Shown here one piece after another: positions 1 through 12,562 of a DNA stretch of 64,000 nt; the first letter of the stretch is position 1; each line of letters opens with the position of its first letter. The notes under the pieces are model-generated. The model was not told the DNA's origin and ran no database searches. It saw only the letters and a list, made by a program, of their open reading frames with translations. This stretch comes from Acidobacteriota bacterium. GTDB taxonomy: Bacteria > Acidobacteriota > G020349885. A program made the translations under genes and the position numbers. The stretch spans positions 32,498-96,497 of the forward strand of contig CP070701.1 of the NCBI GenBank assembly GCA_020349885.1, in the 5' to 3' direction.

Positions 1-20
1 TTGTCCGCCTGCCTCCCTCG

Positions 21-3000
21 TTACGTGCAGCCGCTTCCGAAGTCCGCAATCAGGGCGTCGAGATCGGCGCCGTCCACGACGCCGCTTGCGTCCACGTCCG
101 AGTCGGCGTTGTAGTACGGGTCGCCGCAGAACTCGCCGAACGCCCGGCCGATGAATCCAAGGTCCATGCCGTCCACGCAGCCGTCGCAGTTAAGGTCGGT
201 GGGGTAGATGGAGCCTGCAGGGGTGCAGCCTGAGGGAGCGCTTGGAATCGCCGGGCAGGCGTCGCACACGTCGCCGATGCCGTCTGAGTCTGCATCCTCT
301 TGCAATGGATTGGGCACCAACGGGCAGTTGTCGCAGGCATCGCTCAATCCATCTCCATCCGTGTCGTCTATCGTCACCGTGTGCGGCGCTGACGTGCTCG
401 TGTCGCAGTCGTTCGACGCGGTAAGCGTCACCGTGTAGGAGCCCTCCGCGGTGTACGTATAACTTGGGTTTTGAAGCGTTGAACTTCCTACGCCGTCACC
501 GAAATCCCACTGCCACGCCGTAGGATTCCCCGTTGAGGTATCCGTAAACGTCACCGGCTGCCCGACGCAGGGACTTGCCGGAGAAAAAACGAGATCGGCT
601 ACTATACCCAGGTTCCCCGACGCAACAAGCGCGAAGTATTGCGTGGGGTTTGTCGTCAGGCCGCCCAGGCCGCACGCGTCTGGAACGGTGACGCTGTTAA
701 TGGCACCCGCTTTTACCTGAATGCTCCACTCTCCCGGAGTGGGGGTTTCAACAAAAACGTTTTCCACATTGTTTTTGCAATCGTTTTCCTTCGTACAATC
801 GAGAAAGAATCCAGTCGGGTTTTTAGTCGAAAACCTGCCATCAAGTAAGCCGACGTTGCCCAGATACTGGTCGCCGGTCGTAAGATCTGTTACAACCAGG
901 TCGAGGTCGTTGATCAGAGGCGTTTTTGCTGGAAGAGCAGCAGGCGGATCCGCCCACACGAGGGAGATCTTTAGCGATCTGAATGAGTCCATCACCCGAA
1001 TCGGATAAGAAATGTCCTCACTTGTGCCCAGGGCCGCTTCCTCGTCCACGATGAAATGGCAGTACCCGACCTCGAACGTTCGTTGAAGGTCCGGCGTTCC
1101 CCATCCCTGTTGATAACGGTTGCCCTGCGTGAAATCATACTGCCGGGCGTTTGCAATGAGAATGGCCTTCACCGTGGCCGCGTGGGGTACGGCCTTCGAT
1201 GAATTGTTGCCGAAGTGATCCTTGATATACATCTCATAGACGAGGCCGCCCGCTCCCGCGATGACGGGCGTGGCGGCACTGGTGCCCTTAAACTCGATAA
1301 AACACTCTTCTGAGATGGGCCCTGTATTCGTGTAATTCCCGTCGCAGAACCCTGCAGCGTTCACCATATCCGTTGTATGTACACGGTCAAAGGGGCCTAC
1401 GAGGTCCGGTTTGACCCTGCCCGCAAAGCCTGCGCATACGAGCTCACCACATGTGCAACCGACCTGACAGTCGCACAAAAAACAAGAGGTGAAACACCCT
1501 GGCGTTGATTTCATGTGACAGAGATAGCAATCAGCGGGGCCCTGGCCTGCCGCGGAAACCTTCGCAAGAACAGGCTGATAACATCCGGAGGTGGGGTTCC
1601 ACTCATCGTCCGTCGGATCGGCGGTATCCATGTGACACATTGCGCCTACCGAAATGCCGTTTTTGTTGGCCGCCTCTCGGGACATTATGCTAATGCCGCA
1701 ATGGCCCTTGTTTCCCATGGCCTGAAACTGCAAGCGATCGTACTCGATAACGAGCCGGTCGATTATCTGCGAATCAATGGAGTAAGCTCCGCTTAGGTCG
1801 GTCTGGTAGCCCCAGCTGTGGCTCTGGAAGAGCGCGCCGGCGCCGAAAGCGTTCACGGCCGCGCCGCAGCGTGCGTCGGCTAAAGTAGGAAACGTATAAA
1901 TAGAATCGAATGCGCCGATTGCTTCGGGCAGCATCCCGCGCGCACCGGGATTCCCCGACCCGTTCCCGAAAAGAATCCCGAAGACAGCCGTTCCGTGACC
2001 TGCAGGTGACGCAAGGTTGCTGAAAACAATTGCTCTGTTGTTGTTATCATCGCAGGGAGTCTGCAAGGGGTCACAAAAATCAGGGTGACTCTCATCAAGC
2101 CCGCCGTCAAGAACCGCCCCGGCAATCCCTTTTCCCGTAAAGCCGCTTGCGTCCAAAGCCACGGCCCCCATGTACTGCGTATCCCGAATGTTGCTCATAA
2201 AGGTGGTCGGCGGCCCGGTTTCTTCGATGAACTCCACCGAAGGAATGAAGGAGATGTCTTTTATGATGGAGGCGTCGACCTCCGCCCGTATGACGAGGTT
2301 CGCCGCTCCGGGCTCCCGTTCGCCCTCCCCTTCACAGGGGCCCAGGAAATCCCCGTGGGCCAAATGGCCGCCCGCATCGGCCTGCGAAATCCTTATGGTC
2401 TTTGCGTTCTTGGGATTCCTCGGCGGGAAGTGGCAAAGCGTGACCTTGTCGCCTGTCTTGACCGGCACGTCGCCCGGACCAAGGATCGTTCCCCCCAGCG
2501 CTTCGACGGCCTCCTTGACTTCCGTTACCGTGGCGTCGGCGTTGCCGAACACCTTTACCGCGATCGTTTGAACTCCCGTGCCTCCGTGAAGCATGCTCTT
2601 ATAGGCCGGATGATAGTGATCCACGAACCGTACAAATGGCAAGGTTTCCACCACAGCCCTTGTGTCCAAGGCCATCCTGACCAGATAGGCCCGCTTCGGA
2701 ACGTAGCCCACGAAATCCACGCCAGCGGCAAGCAAATCGTCGCGGGCCTGCACGGTGATGGTTTCGGTAAGCTGGACCAGGTAATAGCTCCGGTGCTCGG
2801 TGCACTTCAAATCTTCGGGGATGTCGGGCTCTTCCAAAGGCGGGGTGAAGGTTGTCGCCCGCAGAAGGATGGCGTCCTCGCCGACCTCCGCCTGAAAGCG
2901 CGCCGTCTCGTGCGAGAAGGCATTCCCTTTGGAGACAAACGGCCGCTCGCCGCGCGCTTCCGCCTGAAATCCTCGACGCGGGGATTCTTCAGGAAGGCCG

Positions 3001-3191
3001 CGGTTTTTCCGGGCGGTGCGGATGACTTCGTTCATGTCGAAGGGGACGTTGGCTGTCTCGACTTCCCCCCCGACCTTCGGTGGGTCGGGCAGTCTGGCAC
3101 ATGGAACCTCCTGGACGGCTGAGAGTTTACCTCCCCATACGATCGAGACAGCCGCCAGCGCAGAGCCGACCCACGTCACTGCTCCTTTCAT
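21..3191 (-). CDS. Secreted subtilisin-like (S8) serine peptidase with a Cys-rich insert, PKD domain, thrombospondin-type-3-like Ca-binding repeats and a C-terminal dockerin-like module
   Basis: The translation carries the S8 triad motifs [13 protein letters not shown] (Asp), [11 protein letters not shown] (His) and [11 protein letters not shown] (Ser). Downstream are a PKD-like segment ([21 protein letters not shown]...YTYT), [30 protein letters not shown] repeats and a [12 protein letters not shown]...[13 protein letters not shown] dockerin-like tail. A signal-peptide-like [20 protein letters not shown] sits at the internal Met, so I start the gene at 3191 rather than 3278. Confidence 0.8.
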   Translation of the reverse strand: MKGAVTWVGSALAAVSIVWGGKLSAVQEVPCARLPDPPKVGGEVETANVPFDMNEVIRTARKNRGLPEESPRRGFQAEARGERPFVSKGNAFSHETARFQAEVGEDAILLRATTFTPPLEEPDIPEDLKCTEHRSYYLVQLTETITVQARDDLLAAGVDFVGYVPKRAYLVRMALDTRAVVETLPFVRFVDHYHPAYKSMLHGGTGVQTIAVKVFGNADATVTEVKEAVEALGGTILGPGDVPVKTGDKVTLCHFPPRNPKNAKTIRISQADAGGHLAHGDFLGPCEGEGEREPGAANLVIRAEVDASIIKDISFIPSVEFIEETGPPTTFMSNIRDTQYMGAVALDASGFTGKGIAGAVLDGGLDESHPDFCDPLQTPCDDNNNRAIVFSNLASPAGHGTAVFGILFGNGSGNPGARGMLPEAIGAFDSIYTFPTLADARCGAAVNAFGAGALFQSHSWGYQTDLSGAYSIDSQIIDRLVIEYDRLQFQAMGNKGHCGISIMSREAANKNGISVGAMCHMDTADPTDDEWNPTSGCYQPVLAKVSAAGQGPADCYLCHMKSTPGCFTSCFLCDCQVGCTCGELVCAGFAGRVKPDLVGPFDRVHTTDMVNAAGFCDGNYTNTGPISEECFIEFKGTSAATPVIAGAGGLVYEMYIKDHFGNNSSKAVPHAATVKAILIANARQYDFTQGNRYQQGWGTPDLQRTFEVGYCHFIVDEEAALGTSEDISYPIRVMDSFRSLKISLVWADPPAALPAKTPLINDLDLVVTDLTTGDQYLGNVGLLDGRFSTKNPTGFFLDCTKENDCKNNVENVFVETPTPGEWSIQVKAGAINSVTVPDACGLGGLTTNPTQYFALVASGNLGIVADLVFSPASPCVGQPVTFTDTSTGNPTAWQWDFGDGVGSSTLQNPSYTYTAEGSYTVTLTASNDCDTSTSAPHTVTIDDTDGDGLSDACDNCPLVPNPLQEDADSDGIGDVCDACPAIPSAPSGCTPAGSIYPTDLNCDGCVDGMDLGFIGRAFGEFCGDPYYNADSDVDASGVVDGADLDALIADFGSGCT

Positions 3192-3281
3192 TTCCGGTCT
3201 CCTTGCCAACGCTCCATTATAGGTTCTTCGCTCCCGCCCCGGCAAGTCGACCGCGACGGGGCGGCGGCCACGCGGCATGCT

Positions 3282-3307
3282 TTGCGGACGGGCCTTTGTG
3301 GTATACT
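3282..3307 (+). promoter_or_regulatory. Putative sigma70-type promoter with extended -10 (TGgTATACT) driving a ~170 nt leader and the FecR-like/GGDEF genes
   Basis: TTGCGG lies at 3282-3287 and TGgTATACT at 3299-3307. The 14-nt spacer is short but is compensated by the TGn-extended -10. This is pattern recognition only. Confidence 0.35.
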
Positions 3308-3477
3308 AGGACGTTTCGGGAATATTAGGAAATCACGGGCAGGGCTCGGGGCAAGCCCGCCAGGGTCGTTAGGGCGGGCAAACCGGCGCTTTTGCAGAGG
3401 CGGGGCTGGGCCGGTGCCTTTAGAACCTGCCGGGAATTTCAGCAGAAAACGCGGACGGCTGAGGAAACGACGCAGGA

Positions 3478-4913
3478 ATGCCAAGAAAAGCGATTCTCGA
3501 TCTTGAATGGTTTACCGTCTCATACCGCTCCATCTACGCGGTTGCGCTGGTGATTCTCGTAATCGTAGGCCTGGCGGGCTACCAGCACTTTTTCTCCAAA
3601 CCTGGAATCTCGGTGGAGGCTATGCTCAAGAGCCTCGACTTTAAACTCGAGGACCTGGGCGGGCGCGTCAGGCGAAACAAGAATCTGAGCGCCCTGCACG
3701 AGGATGCGGTGGAGATCACGAAGACGGCGTGGGAGGCGCTGGCGCGCAACGACTTTTCCGCGGCCGAGGCGAGGGCGGACGATGCCTCTCAAATAGTGGA
3801 AGCCATCGAAGAAGAACTCCGCCACATCCAGTCGCGCTACACGGCCCGCATCGTGAGCATGGAGGGCGAGGTCAAGGTCAAACCCGCCGGCGACTTCCGG
3901 TGGCTCGGCGCCAAGCGGGGGATGGAGCTGAAGGAGGGCGATAAGGTGAGCGCCGGAGTGCGTGGAAGCGCGGAGATTATTTTCCGAAACGGCGACAAGC
4001 AGCTTGTGAGTCCCGGAGGCCTTATCGAAATTTACGAGAGCCGGGTGGATCCTGAAACCTCCGCCGAACGCCTGAGCATCCGCATTTCGGGGGCGGTGAC
4101 CGAGGTTGCAACCACCGAAAAGCGAAAGGAAGGTTCCTACACCCGCCTGCTCACCGAGCACGCCCTGGTGGAAATCGGGCAGGACGAGGCCCGCCTGCGC
4201 GTCCATCCCAAGGAAGAAGAAACCGAGGTGCGCTCGCTCGAAGGCACGGCGCGCGTTCAACAAACCAGCACGGGAGTGGAGCGACAAGTCGGGCCGCGAA
4301 CGGCAGCCGTGGTGCGCGACCGGGGCAACATTGCCACGCGAGACCTGCCTTCGGCCCCGGCGCTCCTCAGGCCGCCCCATGGACAGCCGTTGATATTTTC
4401 CGACCTCGAACAAAGCAGCGTCACGCTGGTCTGGGAAATCGATCCCCGGGTCCACCGCTATCGTTTGATGGTGTCCCATTCCAAGAACTTCACGGCGGCG
4501 CTGGTGGACAACAAAGATCTGCGCCCCGACCGTAAAGGCGTCCAGCTCAAAAAGCTGGTGAAAGGGACCTATTACTGGCGGGTGTCGGCGATCGACCGGA
4601 CGGGGTTTGAAAGCTCGTTCAGCGAAACGCGGTCTTTCCGGATCCTCACCGAGGAGCAGGGAACTTCCGACGAGGCTCCGAAGCTGGAGATTGAACCCAA
4701 CCCCGTTCAGATGGGGCCGTTCGTTATCCTGAAGGGAAGAACCGACTCGGGCGCATACCTTACCATTAACGAGAGGCGCTTCGACGTTCTCGACGATGGA
4801 AGTTTTGAGGCCATTGTCAAACTTGACCGCCTGGGGAAAAACGAACTCAAGGTGATCGTCCAAAGTGCCACGGGAGGGCGCACCGAGCGCACCGCCGTCG
4901 TGTTCCTCGAACA

Positions 4914-4917
<4 letters not shown>
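3478..4917 (+). CDS. FecR-domain membrane-anchored protein with C-terminal beta-rich domains (hypothetical)
   Basis: An N-terminal TM segment (VALVILVIVGLAGY) is followed by a FecR-like segment (GEVKVKPAGDFRWLGAKRGMELKEGDKVSAGVRGSAEIIFRNGDKQLVSPGGLIEIYE). The C-terminal half looks Ig/FN3-like. The stop codon overlaps the next gene's start. Confidence 0.55.
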
Positions 4918-7398
<2,481 letters not shown>

Positions 7399-7434
7399 GG
7401 CCGCAAGGCCGCTTTTCGCGATCGTTGACGCGCC

Positions 7435-8265
7435 ATGTTCCGCGATTTCTCGACGTTCCGTTACCGCGACGAAGTGCTCCTCGGTGCGGTGCTCTTCGGG
7501 TTCCTGGTGCTTCTTTCGACCCAGGTAACCACCCCGGAAGGCACCTCCCTTTTTAAGCGGATCGCGTACCAAGCCGCGGCGCCGTTTCTGCGGGCAAGCG
7601 ACGCCGTCTACCACGGCGCCCGGCGGCTCGCGCACGACTACGCAGCGTTTCGGAGCGTCGTGCGCGAGAACGAGCGCCTCCACGAGCGCCTTCGGGAGTT
7701 CGAAGCGCAGCAGTTGAAGTGGGAATTCACCCTCCACGACAACGAAGCGCTTCGCGCCTTGGTGGGCTATAGAGAGGCGTCGCCCCTGGCCACGATGGCG
7801 GCGCGGGTGGTGGCGCGCGACGTGCGCGACCCGCACCAAATGCTCGTCCTGAACTGCGGGCGGCGCGACCGCCTCGAGAAGGACATGGCCGTTATCGCCC
7901 CCCAGGGCGTGGTGGGGCGCATTGCGGCGCTCTCCCTCTGGAGCGCGCAGGTGCAGCTTATTACGGACTCGCGGAGCGCCCTTGCGGGAATTCATCTTCC
8001 TTCGGGAGACCAGGTGCTCGTGACGGGACAGGGGGAGCTGCTTCTGCGCATGCAGTATTTTTCGGGCGAGGCCCGCGTGGCGCCGCAGGATGCAGTCGTC
8101 ACGTCGGGGCTGGAAGGGATCTACCCGGCGGGGCTTCACATCGGGCGCGTCGAGCGCGTGTTCGATGAGGACGGGAAACGGATTGCGCGGATTCGCCCGG
8201 CCGCGCCCCTTCAGAAAACCATGAACCTGCTGGTGGTTTTGGAGCGCCCGCAAGATGTCTTATAG
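7435..8265 (+). CDS. mreC: Rod shape-determining protein MreC
   Basis: An N-terminal TM segment and coiled-coil (ERLHERLREFEAQQLKWE) precede an MreC beta domain (VIAPQGVVGRIAALSLWSAQVQLITD). It lies between mreB and mreD. Confidence 0.85.
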   Translation: MFRDFSTFRYRDEVLLGAVLFGFLVLLSTQVTTPEGTSLFKRIAYQAAAPFLRASDAVYHGARRLAHDYAAFRSVVRENERLHERLREFEAQQLKWEFTLHDNEALRALVGYREASPLATMAARVVARDVRDPHQMLVLNCGRRDRLEKDMAVIAPQGVVGRIAALSLWSAQVQLITDSRSALAGIHLPSGDQVLVTGQGELLLRMQYFSGEARVAPQDAVVTSGLEGIYPAGLHIGRVERVFDEDGKRIARIRPAAPLQKTMNLLVVLERPQDVL

Positions 8266-8740
8266 GCTGCCGCTTTTCGCTGTGTTTCTTGCCTGCTCCG
8301 TGGTCCAGGTCGCGTTCTCGCGGCTGCGCTTCTATGAAGTCGATATGCTCATGATTTTTCTGGTCTACGCCGGCCTGACGCGCGGCGCCCCCAAGGCCAT
8401 CTTCTCCGCGGCGGCGGCGGGGCTCGTGGAGGACACGCTTTCGGGGGGATTCTTCGGATTCTACGGGTTTTCCAAGACGGTGGTAGGCTACCTCACCAAC
8501 ATCGCGGGACGCTACATGGTCGCCGACGCGCCGGCCGTGCAGGGAGCCGCGCTCACCCTGGGCGTGTGCGTCGAGGCGGTCGTGCTCCACGCGCTCGGGG
8601 CGCTTTTTGGCCGCGGTGAGCCTCCCGCCGTGCAGGAAACGCTTCTCCGTGCGGTTGGAACGCTTGTGGTGGGGCTCCTCGCTCTCCGGGGAATCCAGCG
8701 CGCGGAGCGCGCCCGGGAACGTCGGAGGTACGGCCGATGA
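8255..8740 (+). CDS. mreD: Rod shape-determining protein MreD
   Basis: A 161-aa polytopic membrane protein immediately after mreC. It overlaps both neighbours, consistent with translational coupling. Confidence 0.7.
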   Translation: MSYRLPLFAVFLACSVVQVAFSRLRFYEVDMLMIFLVYAGLTRGAPKAIFSAAAAGLVEDTLSGGFFGFYGFSKTVVGYLTNIAGRYMVADAPAVQGAALTLGVCVEAVVLHALGALFGRGEPPAVQETLLRAVGTLVVGLLALRGIQRAERARERRRYGR

Positions 8741-10593
8741 AGTGGCATGAGCAGCCCGCCGTGGAGCGCCGCCTGCTCTGGTTGCGCGTGACCACGGGAG
8801 GAGTTCTCTTCTTGCTCTTCCTGGGATTTTGGCATGCGCAGGTCATAAAGTTTCGGGAATTCTCCGAGATGGCGCTCACGAACAGCCTGCGCGCGCTCGA
8901 TCTGCCCGCGCCGCGCGGCCTCCTGCGGGACCGCCGAGGAGAGGTGCTTGCGGATACGGCGCCCATCTTTCATCTCCTCCTCGACCGCGAGCGCTCCGCC
9001 AGTCCCGCAACGACGCTTGAGCGGGTGTCGGCCATTCTGGACATTTCGGAAAGTGTGCTCCGGGAGCGCCTGCGGCGCTACGACGCCGTGCCGTCGTTCC
9101 GTCCCGTCCCCATCGCGGAGAACATCTCCTTTGCGCAGATGGCCCACTTCGCGGCGCGAGCGGCGGAATTTCCCGACCTCGCCATTCAGGCCGTGGACGC
9201 GCGCCGCTATCCCCGCGGGCCGCTCATGGCCCACACGCTGGGACACGTGGGCGAAATCACGCGCCGCCAGCTTGACGATCGCGGCGCCTTTCCCGACGCC
9301 CAGCAGGGCGACATCGTGGGACAGATGGGCGTCGAAGCCCTGTCCGACGCCTTGCTGCGCGGCCGTCGGGGAACGAGCCGCGTCATCGTGGACAGCGTGG
9401 GACGCGAGGTGCGCATGCTCGGCAAGACGTTGCCGGAGCCGGGGAACGAGCTGCAGCTCACGCTGGACGCGCACCTCGCTCAAGTGCTCCAGGAGGCGTT
9501 CGGCGAGCACCATGGGGCCGCCGTTGCCCTGAACCCCCAGACGGGCGCCGTGCTTGCCCTGTTGAGTTTCCCATCGTTCGACCCGAACGATTTCGCCCTT
9601 CGATTTTCCGAAGAGGCATGGCGCGCGCTTTCCGAAAATCCCCTGCGCCCCCTCCACAACCGCGCCATCGCCGGCCTTTATGCGCCCGGCTCCACCTTCA
9701 AGATTGTAAACGCGACCGCCGCGCTGGAGGCGGACGTCGTCTCGCCCAGGCGCACCTTTTCCTGCAGGGGCGGCGCCTATTTCTACCGCCAGCTGTTCGA
9801 GTGCTGGAAGCTTGAGGGGCACGGCGCCCTCGACATGCACCGCGCCATGGTGCATTCCTGCAACGTTTATTTTTACCACCTCGGCAAGAAGGTGGGAATC
9901 GAGGCGCTCGCGGAGTGTGCTTCCCGCCTGGGCCTTGCAGGCAAGGCGGGCCTCGCCCTTCCGGGGGAGAAGCCGGGAATTATTCCCTCTCCGGACTGGA
10001 AGCGGAAAAATCTCGGCGAGGACTGGTACGACGGGGAAACCATCTCCGTCGCCATCGGGCAGGGGCCCATCGCGGTTTCGCCCCTCGCGCAGGCGGTCAT
10101 GGTCTCCGCCGTCGCAAACGGCGGCTTCCTCGTGACCCCTTACCTTGTCGAGGAGGTGCGTTCACCCTCGGGGAAGCGGCTGGAAAAAAGTGCGCCGCCC
10201 CGGCGCCTACGGGCTCTCGACGAGGAGGTCGCGGAGCGCCTGCGCCGCATGCTCTGGGGCGTCGTGAACGAAGGCGGCACCGGCTGGCGGGCGCGCATCG
10301 AGGGCCTCGACGTGTGCGGCAAGACGGGTACCGCCCAGGTCGTGGCAAAGAGGCACCTTTCCGGAGAGGAAGAAGAGGAAGCGCTTAAAACGCATTCGTG
10401 GTTCCTCGGTTTCGCGCCGCTTGAACACCCGGAGGTCGCCCTCGCCGTCTTGGTCGAGCACGGCGGCTTCGGGGGAGAAACGGCCGCCCCCATCGCCAAG
10501 CGGTTTTTCGAAGCCTACCGCGCAGGACGCGGCCCCGGCTACGCTTCGACGGAACGAGACCGTCCTGACGAGGAGAGCCATGCCGGAGCGTAG
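8737..10593 (+). CDS. mrdA: Penicillin-binding protein 2 (peptidoglycan D,D-transpeptidase MrdA)
   Basis: The transpeptidase motifs STFK (APGSTFKIV), SxN (SCNVYF) and KTG (KTGTAQV) are all present. An N-terminal TM anchor and the position before rodA fit PBP2. Confidence 0.9.
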   Translation: MKWHEQPAVERRLLWLRVTTGGVLFLLFLGFWHAQVIKFREFSEMALTNSLRALDLPAPRGLLRDRRGEVLADTAPIFHLLLDRERSASPATTLERVSAILDISESVLRERLRRYDAVPSFRPVPIAENISFAQMAHFAARAAEFPDLAIQAVDARRYPRGPLMAHTLGHVGEITRRQLDDRGAFPDAQQGDIVGQMGVEALSDALLRGRRGTSRVIVDSVGREVRMLGKTLPEPGNELQLTLDAHLAQVLQEAFGEHHGAAVALNPQTGAVLALLSFPSFDPNDFALRFSEEAWRALSENPLRPLHNRAIAGLYAPGSTFKIVNATAALEADVVSPRRTFSCRGGAYFYRQLFECWKLEGHGALDMHRAMVHSCNVYFYHLGKKVGIEALAECASRLGLAGKAGLALPGEKPGIIPSPDWKRKNLGEDWYDGETISVAIGQGPIAVSPLAQAVMVSAVANGGFLVTPYLVEEVRSPSGKRLEKSAPPRRLRALDEEVAERLRRMLWGVVNEGGTGWRARIEGLDVCGKTGTAQVVAKRHLSGEEEEEALKTHSWFLGFAPLEHPEVALAVLVEHGGFGGETAAPIAKRFFEAYRAGRGPGYASTERDRPDEESHAGA

Positions 10594-11680
10594 CCTGGGC
10601 CGTCTGCTTGGGGAGTTCGACTTTGCGCTCGCTGGCGCCGCCTTCTGCTTGGTCGGCGCGGGCCTATTGACGCTGGCCCGCCTCTCGGAGGCCGCCGACA
10701 CGCCCTACTTCCTGCGCCAGATCGCGTGGACGGGAATCGGGCTCGGCATCCTGCTCGTCGCTGTATCGGTGGACTATCTTTTCCTGGCCCGCTTCGCACG
10801 GTTTTTTTACGCGGTGTCGCTTGGGAGCCTCGTGTACCTTCTCCTTTTCGGCAAGGTGCTCTCTGGGGCGAAGCGCTGGCTGGCGCTCGGGCCCCTGTCG
10901 TTGCAGCCCGCGGAGGCCGCAAAGCTCGCCGCGATTCTCATGGCCTCGGTCTACCTGACCGAGCGCGAGGAGGAGCGGCGATTCACGTGGAAGAAGTTCC
11001 TGACGTTGAGCGCCATCTTCGGCGTGCCTTCGGTGTTCACGGCGCTTCAGCCCGACCTGGGCTCCGCCCTGAGCTTCGTGCCCGTCTACGCCGCATTTCT
11101 CTTCGTCGCCGGCGCGGACTGGCGGTGGTTTCTGGGGCTGGCCCTCTCGCTCGCCCTGGTCACCCCGGTCGCCTGGCTCGTGGTGCTCAAGGACTACCAG
11201 AAGGCGCGCGTCGTCGCGTTCGTCAATCCCCAGCACGACCCCCAGGGCAGCGGTTACCAGCTCCTTCAGTCGAAGATCGCCGTGGGCTCCGGGGGGCTCG
11301 CGGGGCAGGAGCGCGGCAGGATGACGCTCAGCAGCCTGCGCTTCATCCCGGCCCAGCACACGGACTTCATCTTCGCCGCCTACGCGGAGGCGCGGGGCCT
11401 CCTCGGCGTGAGCGCCGTGCTTGCGGCGTACGGGTTCATCCTCTTCCGCATCCTGCGAATCTCCCAGATGGCCAAGGACTCTCTCGGGTTCTTCGTCTCG
11501 ACCGGCGTCTTCGCGCTGGTCGCGTTCCAGGCGGTGCTCAACATAGGAATGGTCATCGGATTCTTTCCCATCACGGGATTGCCGCTTCCGTGGTTCAGCT
11601 ACGGCGGCTCGGCGATGGCGATGTTCATGGCCGCGCTGGGGCTCGTGCTGAACGTCAGGATGCGCCGCTTCGTGAATTGA
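10580..11680 (+). CDS. rodA: Peptidoglycan glycosyltransferase RodA (SEDS family)
   Basis: A polytopic FtsW/RodA-type membrane protein (…GSGYQLLQSKIAVGSGGLAGQ…, PITGLPLPWFSYGGSAMA). The in-frame ATG at 10580 sits just before the mrdA stop. I treat the listed ORF start at 10421 as an upstream extension overlapping mrdA. Confidence 0.9.
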   Translation: MPERSLGRLLGEFDFALAGAAFCLVGAGLLTLARLSEAADTPYFLRQIAWTGIGLGILLVAVSVDYLFLARFARFFYAVSLGSLVYLLLFGKVLSGAKRWLALGPLSLQPAEAAKLAAILMASVYLTEREEERRFTWKKFLTLSAIFGVPSVFTALQPDLGSALSFVPVYAAFLFVAGADWRWFLGLALSLALVTPVAWLVVLKDYQKARVVAFVNPQHDPQGSGYQLLQSKIAVGSGGLAGQERGRMTLSSLRFIPAQHTDFIFAAYAEARGLLGVSAVLAAYGFILFRILRISQMAKDSLGFFVSTGVFALVAFQAVLNIGMVIGFFPITGLPLPWFSYGGSAMAMFMAALGLVLNVRMRRFVN

Positions 11681-11712
11681 ACCTTCTTTCATGCGCGCTT
11701 CCCGGCCCCGAT

Positions 11713-11742
11713 TTGACTCTCCCGCCTAAATGCCGCTAAAAT
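11713..11742 (+). promoter_or_regulatory. Putative sigma70 promoter for the mlaEFD operon (TTGACT-18-TAAAAT)
   Basis: TTGACT at 11713-11718, an 18-nt spacer, then TAAAAT at 11737-11742, about 50 nt upstream of mlaE. Confidence 0.45.
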
Positions 11743-11791
11743 AAGGAATTAATCCAATCCAGCACATCACCATGAGCCGAAGGAAATCCCC

Positions 11792-12562
11792 ATGCGGCGC
11801 GTAGCGTCGTTAGCGCTTCACTCGTTTGAGCACCTCGGAGGCTGGGGCGAGCTCATCGCCCAGTCGTTCCACCAGTTGTTTCGGCGCCCGTTTGAAAGCT
11901 CTCTCCTTATGCGCCAGATGGAGCACCTGGGGGTGGATTCCCTTTCGATCACCACCCTGACGGCGCTTTTTACGGGCATGGTGCTCGCGCTTCAGACGTC
12001 CGTCGCGCTCGACCGCTTCGGCGTGAAGGCCTATATCGGCGAGATTGTGGCCATCGCCCTCGTGCGCGAGCTCGGCCCCGTGCTCACGGCGCTCATGGTG
12101 GGGGGGCGCGTCGGGGCGGGCATCACGGCGGAGCTCGGCTCGATGGCCGTGACCGAGCAGATCGACGCGCTGCGGGCGATGGGGGCGAGCCCCTTCAAGA
12201 AGCTCGCCGTCCCCCGCATCCTGGCGCTCGTCTTGATGCTTCCCATACTGACGGTGCTCGCCGACACGATCGGAATTCTGGGCGGGCTCTTCATCGCCGT
12301 GTTCGAGCTGAACCTCACGGCGCACTTCTACATAACGCGCGTCCTCGAGTCCCTGTCCTTCGGGGACATCATGAGCGGCCTCGGGAAAACGTTCTTCTTC
12401 GGCCTCTTCATCGCCTCCATCGGCTGCTACAACGGCATCAACGCCTCGGGCGGCGCCGACGGCGTCGGGCGCGCCACGACGCACACCGTTGTTGCCGCCT
12501 CTATCACAATCCTCATCTCGGACTTCTTTCTGACGAAGCTCTTCTTAATCTTTTCGCCATGA
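11792..12562 (+). CDS. mlaE: Phospholipid ABC transporter permease MlaE
   Basis: The conserved MlaE/Ttg2B core is present (ELGPVLTALMVGGRVGAGITAELGSMAVTEQIDALRAMGASP). It is followed by an ABC ATPase and an MCE protein. Confidence 0.85.
   Translation: MRRVASLALHSFEHLGGWGELIAQSFHQLFRRPFESSLLMRQMEHLGVDSLSITTLTALFTGMVLALQTSVALDRFGVKAYIGEIVAIALVRELGPVLTALMVGGRVGAGITAELGSMAVTEQIDALRAMGASPFKKLAVPRILALVLMLPILTVLADTIGILGGLFIAVFELNLTAHFYITRVLESLSFGDIMSGLGKTFFFGLFIASIGCYNGINASGGADGVGRATTHTVVAASITILISDFFLTKLFLIFSP

Noticed and set aside
8512-9879. 455-aa minus-strand ORF antisense to mreD/mrdA
   Set aside because: Antisense to PBP2, which has the full STFK/SxN/KTG set. It is a GC-rich frame artefact.
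10421-10579. Upstream extension of the rodA ORF
   Set aside because: It overlaps the mrdA C-terminus in another frame. The MPERSLGRLL start at 10580 abuts the mrdA stop, typical of coupled mrdA-rodA.
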